The notes beneath the pieces were generated by a model that saw only the letters and a list, made by a program, of their open reading frames with translations, was not told the DNA's origin and did not search any database. The translations under genes were made by a program, and so were the position numbers. A stretch of DNA of 64,000 nt from Acidimicrobiia bacterium (lineage in GTDB: Bacteria > Actinomycetota > Acidimicrobiia > Spongiisociales > ZC4RG35), in contig JBOGEX010000106.1 of NCBI GenBank assembly GCA_050741915.1, positions 702 through 64,701 on the forward strand. Reading direction: 5' to 3'. Below, one piece after another: positions 62,781-64,000 of this stretch; position 1 is the first letter of the stretch, and every line of letters begins with the position of its first letter.

Positions 62781-62819
62781 GGATTGGCTTCGTTTCTGGA
62801 AAGCAGGGAGCGCCAATCC
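62781..62819. promoter_or_regulatory. inverted repeat GGATTGGC-N23-GCCAATCC in the divergent DUF4331 / metal-transporter intergenic region
   Basis: Read directly. A second hairpin, CCTCCG-N10-CGGAGG at 62747-62768, lies in the DUF4331 leader. Confidence 0.4.
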
Positions 62820-62920
62820 CACTTCCATCGCGCCACGAACCAGAGGCTGATAGGTCGCCGATGGACGGGGAAGCCTGTGGTTGAAAGAGGTCAAGAGCCC
62901 TACCCTCACCGGTCGCCCTG

Positions 62921-64000
62921 ATGCCCATGTCGCATAAGAAGCCTTTTCTCGTCTTGTTCCTGACCGCCTTGCTTCTCATGCCCTCGATCGCGACCGCACA
63001 TCCCCTGGGAAACTTCACCACCAACGTCCATCTCGGGTTGCTGGTTACCCCCGGGGAGTTGAAGGTGACCGTCGTCGTCGACATGGCCGAAATCCCTGCG
63101 TTTCGTGAGAAGCGGGTCCTCGACCGCTCGGGCGACGAGATCGTTTCCGAAACTGAACGCGAGGACTACGTGGCCGCAGCCTGCCTCTCGCTACAACCTC
63201 AGGTTGGTCTCTCGGTCGATGGAGAGCCGCTGAGGCTGTCAGGGGGCGAAGGGTCAGTGAGCTTTCCCCCCGGCCAGGGTGGTCTCGACACTCTTCGCCT
63301 CGAGTGCGAGTTCGAGACTGCCCTCGCGGTCGACAGTGGCGAGTTGACAATCGCCAACAATGTGCACGCCGACCGTCTCGGCTGGTCGGAAATCATCGTC
63401 CAAAGTGATGGGCTGGCGGTCGATACCGAGCTTCCGAGCGAGAGTCCCTCCGAGGTACTCACCGCCTACCCGTCCGGGCCGACCGAGAACGAACGGGAAG
63501 GGGTCGTCGTCTTCAGCCCGGGATCCGGCACCGGAGAGGCGGCCAGCGGCGGGACGGCGGATATTCGGCCCACGCTCGTGGAGCGGATCGGAAGGGGCGT
63601 GGTCGGTAGGTCCGGAGTCGTGGCCTTGCTGGCCGCCCTCGCCCTCGGGACCGGACACGCCCTCGCTCCCGGCCACGGCAAGACCCTGATGGCTGCCTAC
63701 CTGGTCGGACAACGAGGGAGTCCGCGGACGGCGATCGGACTCGGTCTGAGCGTCGCTCTCTCCCACACCATCGGGGTGGCGATCCTGGGATTGATCACTG
63801 CCCTCACCACTTCCGCATTTCGACCGGAGTCGGTGTATCCATGGCTGTCACTGGTGTCCGCCTTGATCGTGACGTCGATCGGAGCGGTAATGCTGTTTCG
63901 GGCTTTGGGAAAACGGGCCTCGACCCATACACACGACCACGACCACGACCACGACCATCACCATCACGACAGCCACGACCGTTATCACCATCACGAGAAG
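62921..64000 (+). CDS. NicO/RcnA-like nickel/cobalt transporter with an N-terminal ~210-aa extracytoplasmic domain and a His/Asp-rich loop; 3' end beyond the window
   Basis: Absent from the ORF track because it is open to the right edge. Own translation from ATG 62921 (or 62927): MPMSHKKPFLVLFLTALLLMPSIATAHPLGNFTTNVHLG...LALGTGHALAPGHGKTLMAAYLVG...SHTIGV...THTHDHDHDHDHHHHDSHDRYHHHEK. The frame stays open for exactly 360 codons to position 64000. Confidence 0.75.
   Translation, partial: MPMSHKKPFLVLFLTALLLMPSIATAHPLGNFTTNVHLGLLVTPGELKVTVVVDMAEIPAFREKRVLDRSGDEIVSETEREDYVAAACLSLQPQVGLSVDGEPLRLSGGEGSVSFPPGQGGLDTLRLECEFETALAVDSGELTIANNVHADRLGWSEIIVQSDGLAVDTELPSESPSEVLTAYPSGPTENEREGVVVFSPGSGTGEAASGGTADIRPTLVERIGRGVVGRSGVVALLAALALGTGHALAPGHGKTLMAAYLVGQRGSPRTAIGLGLSVALSHTIGVAILGLITALTTSAFRPESVYPWLSLVSALIVTSIGAVMLFRALGKRASTHTHDHDHDHDHHHHDSHDRYHHHEK

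Noticed and set aside
63932-63955. (CACGAC)4 hexanucleotide microsatellite as a phase-variation switch.
   Set aside because: The unit is a multiple of three and encodes the His-Asp repeats of the transporter's metal-binding loop. Copy-number change would alter loop length but not switch the gene on or off.

Overview
GC-rich window with strong third-position GC bias, many GTG/TTG starts and frequent 4-nt start/stop overlaps. The gene content suggests an actinobacterial-type chromosome, by inference only: a dnaK-grpE-dnaJ-hspR operon, LigC/Prim-Pol type repair genes, an LLM-type oxidoreductase, ECF sigma factors and lipobox lipoproteins. I call about 58 protein-coding loci, and six of them look disrupted by frameshifts or truncation.

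Blocks from left to right:
- Partial Cys/Met PLP enzyme, cation exchanger, VOC protein, marR-MFS pair.
- Glycogen genes glgB-glgC convergent with glgX.
- Secreted lytic transglycosylase, YpfJ-like Zn peptidase, msrA.
- Two tandem S41 peptidase lipoproteins, an amidohydrolase, an SLH-anchored PQQ sugar dehydrogenase.
- A BMP-type (nucleoside-like) ABC transporter split by a decayed SpoIIE/PP2C gene and followed by maf.
- Methyltransferase, three-domain ATP-dependent ligase, DUF2461, an orphan sugar-binding protein with a LacI remnant.
- YihY, LigC-like ligase, M50 protease, Prim-Pol with an extra C-terminal domain.
- MFS transporter, class-V aminotransferase, then a run of decayed genes (MOSC, dienelactone hydrolase, PhnB-like) around an intact EamA transporter.
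- Two tandem MFS genes, then ECF sigma, Ogt and a membrane protein.
- A yciI, ECF sigma, CHAD, kinase::LLM operon.
- NUDIX, GNAT, an orphan beta-class DNA methyltransferase.
- lon divergent from the dnaK operon, a small hypothetical, TPR plus DUF4331 divergent from a NicO/RcnA-like metal transporter that runs off the right edge.

I recognised no rRNA, tRNA, transposase, integrase, phage gene, cas gene or CRISPR array.

The candidate novelties fall into two groups:
- Unusual fusions and contexts: a polynucleotide-kinase-like domain fused to an LLM oxidoreductase in an ECF/CHAD operon; an ECF sigma translationally coupled to an MGMT-family protein; Prim-Pol fused to a DUF5655-like domain; DUF4331/TPR/NicO.
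- A high density of structured intergenic repeats: three dispersed families plus several large palindromes, one family showing compensatory stem changes.

I did not find a clear-cut known defence or mobile system. All functional readings are hypotheses that need HMM/BLAST, comparative and transcript data. Hand-indexed non-ORF coordinates may be off by 1-2 nt.
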